Shown here: positions 50,382-59,483 of the stretch, in pieces | Layout of the letters: each line of letters begins with the position of its first letter | How positions within the stretch are numbered: position 1 is the stretch's first letter | Source: Methanothrix sp. | GTDB lineage: Archaea > Halobacteriota > Methanosarcinia > Methanotrichales > Methanotrichaceae | Assembly: GCA_963682135.1 (NCBI GenBank) | Contig: OY821645.1 | Location: forward strand, 1,888,001 to 1,952,000 | Direction of reading: 5' to 3' | DNA: 64,000 bases | The notes under the pieces: model-generated | The model's input: only the letters and a program-made list of their open reading frames with translations | The model's database searches: none | What the model was told of the DNA's origin: nothing | Program-made: the position numbers and the translations under genes

Positions 50382-50587
50382 CAGGCTCGGGGAAACCAGC
50401 GGCGCTCACGGACGGGCAAGCGCGCCCGCGCAGGGGACGTTTACATGGGCCATCGTCTGAGAAAGCCGCCTCTGCAAAAAGCACCAATTATCCACAGGGC
50501 GACTGCCCCTTCTGAATGCCTTCCTGCCGGCCCGGGAACCAATTGCGTTGAGGAAAAGAGAGATATATTGAAGAAGCTTAATTGTAA

Positions 50588-51427
50588 TTGATGTCAAGAT
50601 TGACTGCCTTCATTTCGGGTATGGTCCAGAAGACCGGCTACAGAGCACGGGTGGTAATCCTGGCCAATGCCTTCGGACTGCAGGGATATGTGCAGAACCT
50701 TCCCGGCGGCAAAGTCAAGGTAGTCGCAGAAGGAGAGAAAACCGATCTGGAGCGTTTTCTCAATTGCTTAACCATAAAAGATGCACTAATCGATGTGCAG
50801 AGCATCGAGAATGAATTCACCGCGGCCTCAGGTGAGTTCATTGGATTCGAAAAGATGGTGTCGAGCGGCGAGACCGACCAGCGCCTGGACAAAGCGGCAG
50901 ATCTGCTCAAAGATCTCATTGTGGTCACCAAAGAGGTCGTAGTGGAACTGAGAGCCACCCACGAAGAGATCAAAGGTGTCAGGGACGAGGTAAAGGGTGC
51001 ACGAGAGGACATCAAAGGTGTCAGGGACGAGGTTAAAGGGGCACGAGAGGACATCAAAGGTGTCAGGGACGAGGTAAGAGGGGCACGAGAGGACATCAAA
51101 GGTGTCAGGGACGAGGTTAAAGGGGCACGAGAGGACATCAAAGGTGTCAGGGACGAGGTAAGAGGGGCACGAGAGGACATCAAAGGTGTCAGGGACGAGG
51201 TAAGAGGGGCACGAGAGGACATCAAAGGCGTGCATGAAGCTGTCCAAAATGTCTGCCAGGCAGTTAATAATATTGGTAATATTCTGTCTGAGAAGATAGA
51301 TGATGCAAGAGATGAAGTCATAGGTGAAGTCAAAGAGCTTCGCTCCGATTTGAGAGATGATCTCAAAGAGAGACTAATCCGGATGGACGCAGATATCTCA
51401 CAAATAAAGGCCAAGTGTGGTCTCTAA
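50588..51427 (+). CDS. Acylphosphatase-like domain fused to a repeat-built coiled coil
   Basis: ISGMVQKTGYRA...GLQGYVQNL.GGKVKVVAEGE; 14-aa repeats KGVRDEV[KR]GAREDI. Confidence 0.85.
   Translation: MMSRLTAFISGMVQKTGYRARVVILANAFGLQGYVQNLPGGKVKVVAEGEKTDLERFLNCLTIKDALIDVQSIENEFTAASGEFIGFEKMVSSGETDQRLDKAADLLKDLIVVTKEVVVELRATHEEIKGVRDEVKGAREDIKGVRDEVKGAREDIKGVRDEVRGAREDIKGVRDEVKGAREDIKGVRDEVRGAREDIKGVRDEVRGAREDIKGVHEAVQNVCQAVNNIGNILSEKIDDARDEVIGEVKELRSDLRDDLKERLIRMDADISQIKAKCGL
50969..51235 (+). repeat. 42-bp coding tandem repeat, about 6 copies
   Basis: atcaaaggtgtcagggacgagg...gcacgagaggac, period 42. Confidence 0.95.
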
Positions 51428-51473
51428 ACACTTTTTTTATCTTCAAGACGATCCGGACCCATAGATCTGTCCG

Positions 51474-51536
51474 GATTGCATATCTTGATATCCCCATACC
51501 CATAAACCAGGATTCATCATGCCTGTACTGTCCATA
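51474..51536 (+). pseudogene. Upstream region and first codons (MPVLSI) of a DUF1638-like gene
   Basis: gattgcatatcttgatatcccc...atcatgcctgtactgtccata matches 57104-57165. Confidence 0.7.
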
Positions 51537-51643
51537 AGAAGGTGGGCATGGAGACGCTTGAGGAGCTTTGAATAGGGGGCGAATGCAAAAAGAGATGTTA
51601 GGAGAAGCTTGAGAGCTATTTTTAGCTTCTCCGCACACCACAT

Positions 51644-53569
51644 TCATATGGGGTATATTTCACATTCGGGACTACATTTTACATCCTTATAACCACAGGG
51701 ATAATAGACATTGCCGATGAGTTGCCCCTTGCAGGTAAAATCGAAGTTAAGAGACACGCCCACACCAACTGGGTCGGGCATTGTTCCTTCCAGCTCCTTT
51801 GCCAGGGTCTTAACCTTGGTCTTAACCTTGAATTTCGAACCTGCCGGAACATCCTTGAATTCATACATTCCGCTCTCGTCGGTTATTTCTCGAATGGTTT
51901 CAGGTGTATCCTCAGAATAAGCGGGCGGTATATATGTAAAGGTCAATTCTACCGGAGTATCGGCCAGGCCTTTTGAACAATCACCGGTAAGCATACTGAT
52001 AGGATCATTGCTGCAATCCCTATCTATTTCCACATATCCTCTCACGCTGCCTTTGGTTTCAGATTGGATTGGCTTTTCCAGATCAGAAGAGCCCTTCGCG
52101 GGATATCCGTCTATCTTGCTAAATCCGCAGCCATTTGATTCTGAGTTCATAGACCAGGTCTCCGGTTCAGAATCGATGATGGTATAGGTTCCTGCGGGCA
52201 TTACCTCGTCTGGATGACAGATCCACCATACATTAGCTACACCTGATCCTGATTCAGCCTTCACTGTCCAGGGTCCGAATATTTGGCCGTCATCTCTTTT
52301 GAGACTGATGGTTCCGGCTGCCGATGTACCCTGTCCGAAGTTCCAGTGGTAGGTATCGATATAGCTGATATAATAGGGCTGGTTTATCTCAAAGCTGGGA
52401 TTACATGTGGGAGAATTCTCAACGATTCCTTTGTTCCAATTGTTGAAGATCTCAATGCTATCGGTTTTTGTTCCTGACAAATCAGACGAAGCTTCAGTTT
52501 CTCCCTTCTCAGGGATGACATTCTCTTGTTCTGAGGCTTCAATCTCAGACAAGCTTCCTGATCCTACCCGACTTAGGTCAGAGCCCAGCCATAAGAGGCT
52601 CTTGCCATCGTCACAGACGATTAGAAGGTCGCCATTCACAGGATTAAACTGCATATCTCCTGGCTTAATTAGGCCAGTTACTACCGGTGTAGTGGTACCG
52701 TCATTCTCCACTTTTAGCAGCTTCCCGCCTGCAGCATCACTCACGTATAGAGCGTGACCAAACAGGCCGCCGAAGCTCAGGCACATTCCACCATTCATAG
52801 TAGATGTCTCGTTCACCTTGGCAAAGAGAATGGCTTCTCCGTCGTTTGTAATCTTGTAGACGCCAAATACTCCGCCAAAAGGCCAACCTCCTGCCCAATT
52901 CATTGCATAAAGAGTGCCATCCAAATTATCATACGCCAGATTAGCCAGGCCGGGCGGCACATCTCCCTTGACAATCAGGGGCGTCTCTGCCACATCCTCT
53001 CCGGAGAGATGCCATATATTATCCGACTCAAAGTCCGGAAAATACCATCCACCGTCCGGGGCAGTGATGACACGGCCCATGCCGGGATAGGTAGCTGTAA
53101 GATTCCACTTTCTATAGCTACCATCAGGTTTGAGTTCAAACAGCCCTGCAAATGGACTTCCTCCATCTGGCCAGTAATCCACCGAAGTCAGGACATTTTC
53201 TCCCAACATAACTCCTGTCTTCAGGCTTAAGCCCGATAACAATTCGGATTCTGCGTAAATATGGGTTGAACCAATGCTGTCGATTGCCAGGAGCTTTTGC
53301 GTGCCTCTCTCGCTAGAGAAAACGTAGGCTGTGCCATCGGGTCCGAAGAAGAGGGCTCCAATAGCAATTGAAGAATTGAAGAGCTTTGCCTCTATGCCGG
53401 GCGGAAGAGTAATTCCTGCTGGCAGGGATACCTGCTGAATTAAGTTTGGTTCAGTGTAACCAGAATCGATTAATTCGCCATCGGCTGCAATTCCTCCCCA
53501 GCTAAGAAGAACGAAGATCGCAACGATTAGGCTAAATCTTGCTGAAAGATGCATTTTATCAAGCAACAT
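51644..53569 (-). CDS. Secreted multidomain protein (beta-propeller-like N-terminus plus beta-sandwich domains)
   Basis: Signal peptide; FGPDGTAYV, LYVSD, KPGDMQF propeller-like blades; YHWNFGQG...PAGTYTIIDS domain. Confidence 0.7.
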   Translation of the reverse strand: MLLDKMHLSARFSLIVAIFVLLSWGGIAADGELIDSGYTEPNLIQQVSLPAGITLPPGIEAKLFNSSIAIGALFFGPDGTAYVFSSERGTQKLLAIDSIGSTHIYAESELLSGLSLKTGVMLGENVLTSVDYWPDGGSPFAGLFELKPDGSYRKWNLTATYPGMGRVITAPDGGWYFPDFESDNIWHLSGEDVAETPLIVKGDVPPGLANLAYDNLDGTLYAMNWAGGWPFGGVFGVYKITNDGEAILFAKVNETSTMNGGMCLSFGGLFGHALYVSDAAGGKLLKVENDGTTTPVVTGLIKPGDMQFNPVNGDLLIVCDDGKSLLWLGSDLSRVGSGSLSEIEASEQENVIPEKGETEASSDLSGTKTDSIEIFNNWNKGIVENSPTCNPSFEINQPYYISYIDTYHWNFGQGTSAAGTISLKRDDGQIFGPWTVKAESGSGVANVWWICHPDEVMPAGTYTIIDSEPETWSMNSESNGCGFSKIDGYPAKGSSDLEKPIQSETKGSVRGYVEIDRDCSNDPISMLTGDCSKGLADTPVELTFTYIPPAYSEDTPETIREITDESGMYEFKDVPAGSKFKVKTKVKTLAKELEGTMPDPVGVGVSLNFDFTCKGQLIGNVYYPCGYKDVKCSPECEIYPI

Positions 53570-53808
53570 ATTTTCCCCGCCTACTTTTAAGGTCCCTGAA
53601 GCATTCCCTCGATACGTAAGATATTGTTCCCTTTGAGATCCCGAAATCGAGTGCTACGTTGTCCCTCAATATTAATTATGTGCATTGAGTTATAGCTTCC
53701 GGTATGTCTTGAGAGCATGCGGAGATATAATGGGCAAGGTCGCCATTGTGTTCGCACCTCCCCGGATGCCGGAGAGGAATTAACTGTAATGGAACTAACT
53801 GTAATGAC

Positions 53809-53837
53809 GGCAACCGGCGGCGAGCTTGCCATTTAAC
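53809..53837 (+). repeat. attR: duplicated SRP RNA 3' end
   Basis: ggcaaccggcggcgagcttgccatttaac, 27/29 identical to 41840-41868. Confidence 0.8.
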
Positions 53838-53841
53838 TTTA

Positions 53842-54300
53842 TCATACCGCCTTTCCCATTTCATATGCCTGAACCATTGTTCGGCTTCCCTTGATCTCCC
53901 CCATATTCCAGGCACCAGTTCCATAGATAATGCCCTTTTCTTCGGCTCCGTTCAGGCAGGAGGTAAATCCTCTGAATCCTTCCAGGGTTCTTTAGGTTCG
54001 GTCAATCGGTGTTTTCATCTGGGCGCTCATTGTGTAAAAATAAACCGGTGTGGCCATCACGATCACATCTGCGGCAATCATTTTTTCCAGAACTTCTGCC
54101 ATGTCATCCATCTGAACGCACTTATGGCTGGTGTAGCATGACCCGCATCCAGTGCAGTAGCCAATCTTTTTGTCTCTCAAAAAAATCTCTTCCGCCTGAT
54201 TGCCGGCTTCTTTTGCTCCAAGCATAAATTGATCGCACAACATGTCTGAATTTCCGCCTTTCCTCGGGCTAGAGGACAGAACCAACACTTTTTTGCTCAC
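53842..54300 (-). pseudogene. Iron-sulfur flavoprotein/flavodoxin pseudogene
   Basis: SSSPRKGGNS, CTGCGSC...CVQMDDM, ATPVYFY; premature stop after IDRT, then TLEGFRGFTSCL...GTGAW...AYEMGKAV in shifted frames. Confidence 0.8.
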
Positions 54301-54301
54301 G

Positions 54302-55825
54302 TTAAGAACTCTCAATATCCAGTTCTAATCGTTTGAGATTTACTGAAGGCAGATTTATAGCTTTATTAGCCTCCATGGTGAACGATCCCTTGAACGGATT
54401 ATATCCTTCTTTCTCGGCTGTGAAGCTATATGAAACGCCTCCGGATCTACCTGCATATCCTGAAAAGCGGAACATCCCCTGTTCATTGGTAGTCTTTCCC
54501 GCGGCAGTAATCTTTCTATCCATATTGAAGTATATCTTGATTTTAGCTCCTTGTAGCGGCCGCGAAGTTTCATCATCAATCACTTGACAATTAATTTCAC
54601 CGAGCTGAGGATAATATTTGCTGTAAAAAATATCAGAAAGCCCAATTTTCTGGCTTCTCTCTTCTGAGATATAGTTCTTAACCAGCCAATATCCTGAAAA
54701 TAAAAGTATTCCGGATGATAAACCTTTTTCATAAAGCTGTATGCCCTTATCTATCAAATAGGATATGGATTGATTGGACATATCTCCATAATCGCCATTA
54801 TGGATATACACGCCTGTGATCAGTTCTTTATTTGGATAATGGGCCTCTAGAGCACTTAAATATATGTCGAATTTATTATAGGAATCCTCCTGGTTATAAA
54901 GCCAGAAGTTAACACCATCGATCATATTTATTATATCTTTATCCGGGGAAATCCTCAACTCACCTCCATATGTGACAATGAACAATTGCAAATCAGGAGT
55001 AGTTGGGCTTGAGTCAAGATCCACAGAACCATCAGATTTCATTTTTTTTCCTGATAGAGCACCTTTTATATTTTTCATATCTTCCAGAGTAATGGCATTT
55101 CCGTAATAGTTAGCCCAGAAATCATCGATTATCACTCCTCTTATTTGGGGTAAAATTGAAGATAGCTTGGAGAACCTCGCCGCTGCTTGGATCATCCCTG
55201 GTGATGAATCTGGATCCCATAGCTTAGTATCATTGGGATTATTGACGACCCCCCTTTCGGAAGGTGGTCGAATTATTCCATAAACCAGGTTAGTATCAAA
55301 TTCATGACAATGCTTTTCGATATTTTCTCTAAAATCGTACGCACCATAACTCGGATCATTTATTATGCCGTTCACACCAAAATGATAAGCTTGATAAAGA
55401 TCTTCATCCTCAGATATGCCTGTTCCTGCATAAACTTTGCCTTTAAAAGGATGATATACTCCTATAAAACCCTGCTTTATTGTGGTCAATACCACTGGTT
55501 GGTTATTGGAATTTACTAGTGGAGGAGCTGAAGATTTATACGGATTTTCAGGCAAACCAACATCTATCCAACTCGACTCAATTTGCAGTGTCTTGGATGA
55601 TCCTCCTTCAAATTTCTTATCCAATTCAAGATATTTATTCATATACTTATACTCATTATTTTCGTCATAGTATTTTTCTATGATTATCTCTGTGGGATTA
55701 GCTTCCTTTGATCCGGATTTTTCTTGTTGTGCCATGGATGCAAATACGATAGGAGACAAAAGTGCTGATATAAGGGCCAGAAAAATTATCCCTGAACTTA
55801 CTTGAGATATTATCCTCATTATCAT
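54302..55825 (-). CDS. AT-rich secreted protein, possible glycoside-hydrolase-like barrel plus carboxypeptidase-regulatory domain
   Basis: Signal peptide; GVIIDDF, DGVNFW; C-terminal VIDDETSRPLQGAKI...TNEQGMFRF...KEGY. Confidence 0.6.
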   Translation of the reverse strand: MIMRIISQVSSGIIFLALISALLSPIVFASMAQQEKSGSKEANPTEIIIEKYYDENNEYKYMNKYLELDKKFEGGSSKTLQIESSWIDVGLPENPYKSSAPPLVNSNNQPVVLTTIKQGFIGVYHPFKGKVYAGTGISEDEDLYQAYHFGVNGIINDPSYGAYDFRENIEKHCHEFDTNLVYGIIRPPSERGVVNNPNDTKLWDPDSSPGMIQAAARFSKLSSILPQIRGVIIDDFWANYYGNAITLEDMKNIKGALSGKKMKSDGSVDLDSSPTTPDLQLFIVTYGGELRISPDKDIINMIDGVNFWLYNQEDSYNKFDIYLSALEAHYPNKELITGVYIHNGDYGDMSNQSISYLIDKGIQLYEKGLSSGILLFSGYWLVKNYISEERSQKIGLSDIFYSKYYPQLGEINCQVIDDETSRPLQGAKIKIYFNMDRKITAAGKTTNEQGMFRFSGYAGRSGGVSYSFTAEKEGYNPFKGSFTMEANKAINLPSVNLKRLELDIESS

Positions 55826-55962
55826 ATACTATATCTCTCCATTCCGAACAAACTGCATCTTCTTTCCTAGATTTAAGATCATCCCTAAATCCGGAATCTA
55901 ATTGAGGAATTACTAACTAAAATCCTTATCTCGTCCAATGCTTAAGAGAATGGCCGCGGATA

Positions 55963-56718
55963 TCAGTTAGTATAGGCGGTCTCGAAATTTTTCAATTTAT
56001 TCTCAAAAACGTCATTTTTAGTAATATCATTAACGCCTGCATCCATCAAAAATACTCCTCGTGAGTTATTATTTATAATGTTATATTTTACTAAATTTAA
56101 TTCCGAAGAACCTGTAATAAAAATACCTGCACCATTGTTGTTATTTATATAATTGTTTGTTATCTTATTACTCTGTGAATCTGACACTAATATGCCTTCA
56201 AAATTACTATCAACACTATTATTGGTAATGGAGTTGTTATGTCCTCCCAGGACTTTGATTCCACTGCGATAGTTATTTTCTAATATATTTCCTTTAATCG
56301 TATTGTTGTTTGACCTTACAAATACTCCCGCCCCGGATAGCGGATCTCCTGCGGTATTTGTGGAATTCCTAATTGTAAACCCTTCCATCATTACCCCATC
56401 TGCGAGAATAGTCACTCCTGGACCTTTGAAATAATCGCCCCCTGCATCAATAACCGGGTTTTTCAACCCAATAATATTTAAGCGCCTATCTACAACGATA
56501 TTTTCGTAGTATGTTCCGGGATAAACCAATATTTCATCCCCTATGCTAGCCGAATCTATCGCTTCTTGAATGCTTTCGTAATTCTTGGGGCTATTTCCTA
56601 CAATTAAAGTAGCCCCATATGCACATACGATGGAACTAATTAGCATTATTGAAATAATTAGAAACATTTTTTTTATAGGAGGTATGAACTCCACTTCTGA
56701 GTATCCTCCACTTCGCAT
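55963..56718 (-). CDS. NosD/CASH-type parallel beta-helix secreted protein
   Basis: YESIQEAID...PGTYYENIVV...GFTIRNS; repeated NN.I.NN...GI. Confidence 0.85.
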   Translation of the reverse strand: MRSGGYSEVEFIPPIKKMFLIISIMLISSIVCAYGATLIVGNSPKNYESIQEAIDSASIGDEILVYPGTYYENIVVDRRLNIIGLKNPVIDAGGDYFKGPGVTILADGVMMEGFTIRNSTNTAGDPLSGAGVFVRSNNNTIKGNILENNYRSGIKVLGGHNNSITNNSVDSNFEGILVSDSQSNKITNNYINNNNGAGIFITGSSELNLVKYNIINNNSRGVFLMDAGVNDITKNDVFENKLKNFETAYTN

Positions 56719-56821
56719 GCATAATGTTTCATCTATTAAGTATAAATACTTGCTGAAGCGGTTTCCTCTTCACTTGTATTGACGAGCAATTTTGGAAGAA
56801 TTGTGCATTCATTTTGAATTT

Positions 56822-56970
56822 CATCTCTTGAGTGTGCAAAGCTGATATACGTTAAGAGCAAACGCAGTAACTATCATTTTGACGCGAACCTCTTAACTGT
56901 AGTAACCAATACCCTTTCCAGCTCTAAAAACTCGCTTTATTACCGCTTGAGATCTCTCGCCAGGGGGCCA
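56822..56970 (-). pseudogene. IS5-family transposase C-terminal relic
   Basis: PGERSQAVIKRVFRAGK / VLVTTVKR / VKMIVTAFALNVYQLCTL across frameshifts. Confidence 0.6.
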
Positions 56971-57147
56971 TGGCCAAACATCCTGGATAATATTCTGAAT
57001 TATCAACTTCTTCTTTCATCCAATTAAGCTGTCGAGCAAGCCTTTTGAATCACAGCCAATTATTTTTATCACAGGGCCAGCCCATATCCATAAACCAGCC
57101 CGCGATTGCATATCTTGATATCCCCTTAGCCCCAAACCCTGATAATC

Positions 57148-58080
57148 ATGCCCATACTGTCCATAGTCGCCTGCCGGATGCTGGAGGATGAGCTAGTTCA
57201 CCTGCTCTCAGCCGATGGAGAGGTCCGGGAGCTTCTCATCGTGGACAGAATGCAGGCCCTTAGCCTCTCCGCAAAGCTGAAGGGGCAAAACCGTCCCCAC
57301 CTCCTCCTGAGCCCGGACAGAATTGCCCCGCACCTCCAGGAGCGGCAAAACAGGAGACGCGGCATCTTTTTTCGCTGCAGAGCAAGCCGCAAAGCAGAGG
57401 GGACTGTAATTGTGATTAGCCCGCTTCCTCTCGGGCTGCACTCCGACCTGGAGCAGCTGCGGGCCGCGGTATATGATAATATTCGCAGTCTATCCTCATT
57501 CTCGGATGGGATACTGATCTTCTACGGCAAATGCGGAGGCTTTCTGGCCAATCTGGAGGACGACCTACCCGATCTGCCCTGCCCAATCTACTTCCTGACT
57601 GATGAGAGTGGAGAGAGAATTGAGGACTGCATAGCTCTTGCTCTGGGCGGAAACGAAAACTATGATCATATCCTGGCCGAGCACCAGGACGCGGCGCTCT
57701 TCATGACCCCCATGTGGGCTTCCAACTGGAGCGCGATGGGCGATGAGGCCGCCTCTGGCAAGCGTCGGGACCTGCGGACAATGATCAAATCAAGCGGCAT
57801 GAAAAAAGTGGCTCAAATTAACACCGGCCTTTGCGTTGAGCCGGGTTTCACGGAATTGGTGGCTGACTTTGCCCGAGAGTTTGGGCTTCAAAGAATCGAG
57901 CTGCCGGGAGGGACGGCGGTGGCGAAATACGGCTACGAGAGAGCAAGGAGCTGCTTGGCGGCTGCCCGGCCCAGGAGCGCCCATCCTGGGGCAGAGATCA
58001 GCGGCAGCTTCAATTCCAGGCTTGCGGAAACGATAAGGGTCATTTGCCGCATGACACGAAAGAAATCCCTGGAAGAATGA
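57148..58080 (+). CDS. DUF1638-like protein (intact copy)
   Basis: IVACRMLEDEL, LGLHSD, DGILIFYGKCG, DCIALALGG, FMTPMW. Confidence 0.8.
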   Translation: MPILSIVACRMLEDELVHLLSADGEVRELLIVDRMQALSLSAKLKGQNRPHLLLSPDRIAPHLQERQNRRRGIFFRCRASRKAEGTVIVISPLPLGLHSDLEQLRAAVYDNIRSLSSFSDGILIFYGKCGGFLANLEDDLPDLPCPIYFLTDESGERIEDCIALALGGNENYDHILAEHQDAALFMTPMWASNWSAMGDEAASGKRRDLRTMIKSSGMKKVAQINTGLCVEPGFTELVADFAREFGLQRIELPGGTAVAKYGYERARSCLAAARPRSAHPGAEISGSFNSRLAETIRVICRMTRKKSLEE

Positions 58081-58234
58081 AGCTATTCTGTTCAATCACG
58101 TCAGGAAATGTACATCAAAGCCTTCATATGAGATACTCAAAGACCTCATATGATGTTTACCTTCATATATCTCTGATATTGTAACTACAGATATCAAGTT
58201 ATATGACAGATGGTAGGAGAAAGGGTGATAAGAA

Positions 58235-58816
58235 ATGACAGTTAATGCGATATCGGGATTTCTATCCGCCAGGATTTGCATTTCGGTCTTACTCATTGCG
58301 CTCTTGCTTGGCACGGGGGCCGGGCAGAGTTTCGATAGCCTTTATAAAAGCAGTGCTCCTCAAAGCGCGCGGGAGCGAGCAGAACTGTTCAATGCGATGC
58401 AAAATATGGATGATACGAGCAATCATCAAGCTGCCTTGGACGGGAGCGATCTATATAAAGCGCTTCAGAATCCCTATATATTCAATGATCCTCAAGCGGC
58501 GTTGGAGAATGCAAATACATACAAACAACTTCAAAAGTACAATGCCATTTACTCCAGCTCTCGTATTGATGATAACTGGCACTATTGGACCAACATGTGG
58601 CTGAACGGGCCTCAAGGTTCCAGTGCTGCTCAGGATGATGCAAATATCTATACAACATTATCTAATCCTTACGCGTTCAATGATCCTCAAGGGGCACTGG
58701 AGCAGGCCAACACATATAAGGCACTTCAAAAGTACAATGGCATTTACTCCAGCTCTCGTATTGATGATAACTGGGATTATTGGACCAACATGTGGCTGAA
58801 CGGGCCTTCAACCTGA
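58235..58816 (+). CDS. Secreted protein with two 65-aa internal repeats
   Basis: Signal peptide; NPY.FNDPQ.ALE.ANTYK.LQKYN.IYSSSRIDDNW.YWTNMWLNGP twice (195-bp period). Confidence 0.8.
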   Translation: MTVNAISGFLSARICISVLLIALLLGTGAGQSFDSLYKSSAPQSARERAELFNAMQNMDDTSNHQAALDGSDLYKALQNPYIFNDPQAALENANTYKQLQKYNAIYSSSRIDDNWHYWTNMWLNGPQGSSAAQDDANIYTTLSNPYAFNDPQGALEQANTYKALQKYNGIYSSSRIDDNWDYWTNMWLNGPST

Positions 58817-59101
58817 AAAAGTCTGGATCAACTACTCTTTTTTCCGATTTTCTTCAGTGCGCCGCATGCTTGGATATTTTGCATGACTCTTGCGGTTCTT
58901 CTTTCTACACCACCCACGTACAACCACCACGAGGACGCAAGTTTAGGCATGGGATCGCGCGCAAAACTTAGCATCGCTGCTCCAGCTCCAACGATGCTCG
59001 CCATGAAGCTATTCATGTGACTTCAAGCCGAGACCCACATAAAAATAATCCTAATAAATGCTCAAGGATTGTATGTAATTGGCTTAATAGGAGGATTTAA
59101 G

Positions 59102-59345
59102 ATGAGCAAACTCAAAGCTGTAATGGCCATCCTGGCCTTTGTCCTGCTCTGTTTCATGAGCACCGTATCGGCAATTCCATATCACGATGGGAATTCACAT
59201 CACGGAATTGGGGTTGTACACCATTCCGGCTGTGACCTACCACTGGTACACACCTTCCTACTATTATAATTCCTTCGATCCGTGGTGGAATGCCAACATC
59301 TACGGCCCGCTGAGAAGCACATATTACTGGTACGGTTGGAGATAG
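59102..59345 (+). pseudogene. Frameshifted small secreted His/Tyr/Trp-rich protein
   Basis: GGAGG RBS; MSKLKAVMAILAFVLLCFMSTVSA; +1 frame continues VTYHWYTPSYYYNSFDPWWNANIYGPLRSTYYWYGWR*. Confidence 0.6.
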
Positions 59346-59483
59346 TAAGACCACATTAAACTATTCCGATCAAGAATCGAGGATATCCTGCATCCTCAAA
59401 AAATATCACTTTTTTGTTGCCCATTCTGCAAAGCATTTTCCTTTATGCCATCCTCAATCGGCGGCAAGACCTGACAGCCAAAA

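Larger units (their letters stand above)
41869..53837. mobile_element. Decayed integrative element (about 12 kb) inserted at the SRP RNA 3' end
   Basis: 27/29 direct repeat at both ends, recombinase relic at the left end, TA module, AT-rich genes, IS and pseudogenes inside. Confidence 0.75.

Noticed and set aside
50638-51414. 258-aa and 139-aa antisense repeat ORFs
   Set aside because: Shadows of the 42-bp repeat in the acylphosphatase fusion.
53690-53740. Possible tyrosine integrase relic (IASGMS*EHAEI.MG) next to attR
   Set aside because: Too short and degenerate; the expected His and the R-H-R-Y residues are not visible.
58450-58810. DGR template/variable repeat pair
   Set aside because: Both copies are in one ORF, differences are not adenine-specific and no reverse transcriptase is present.
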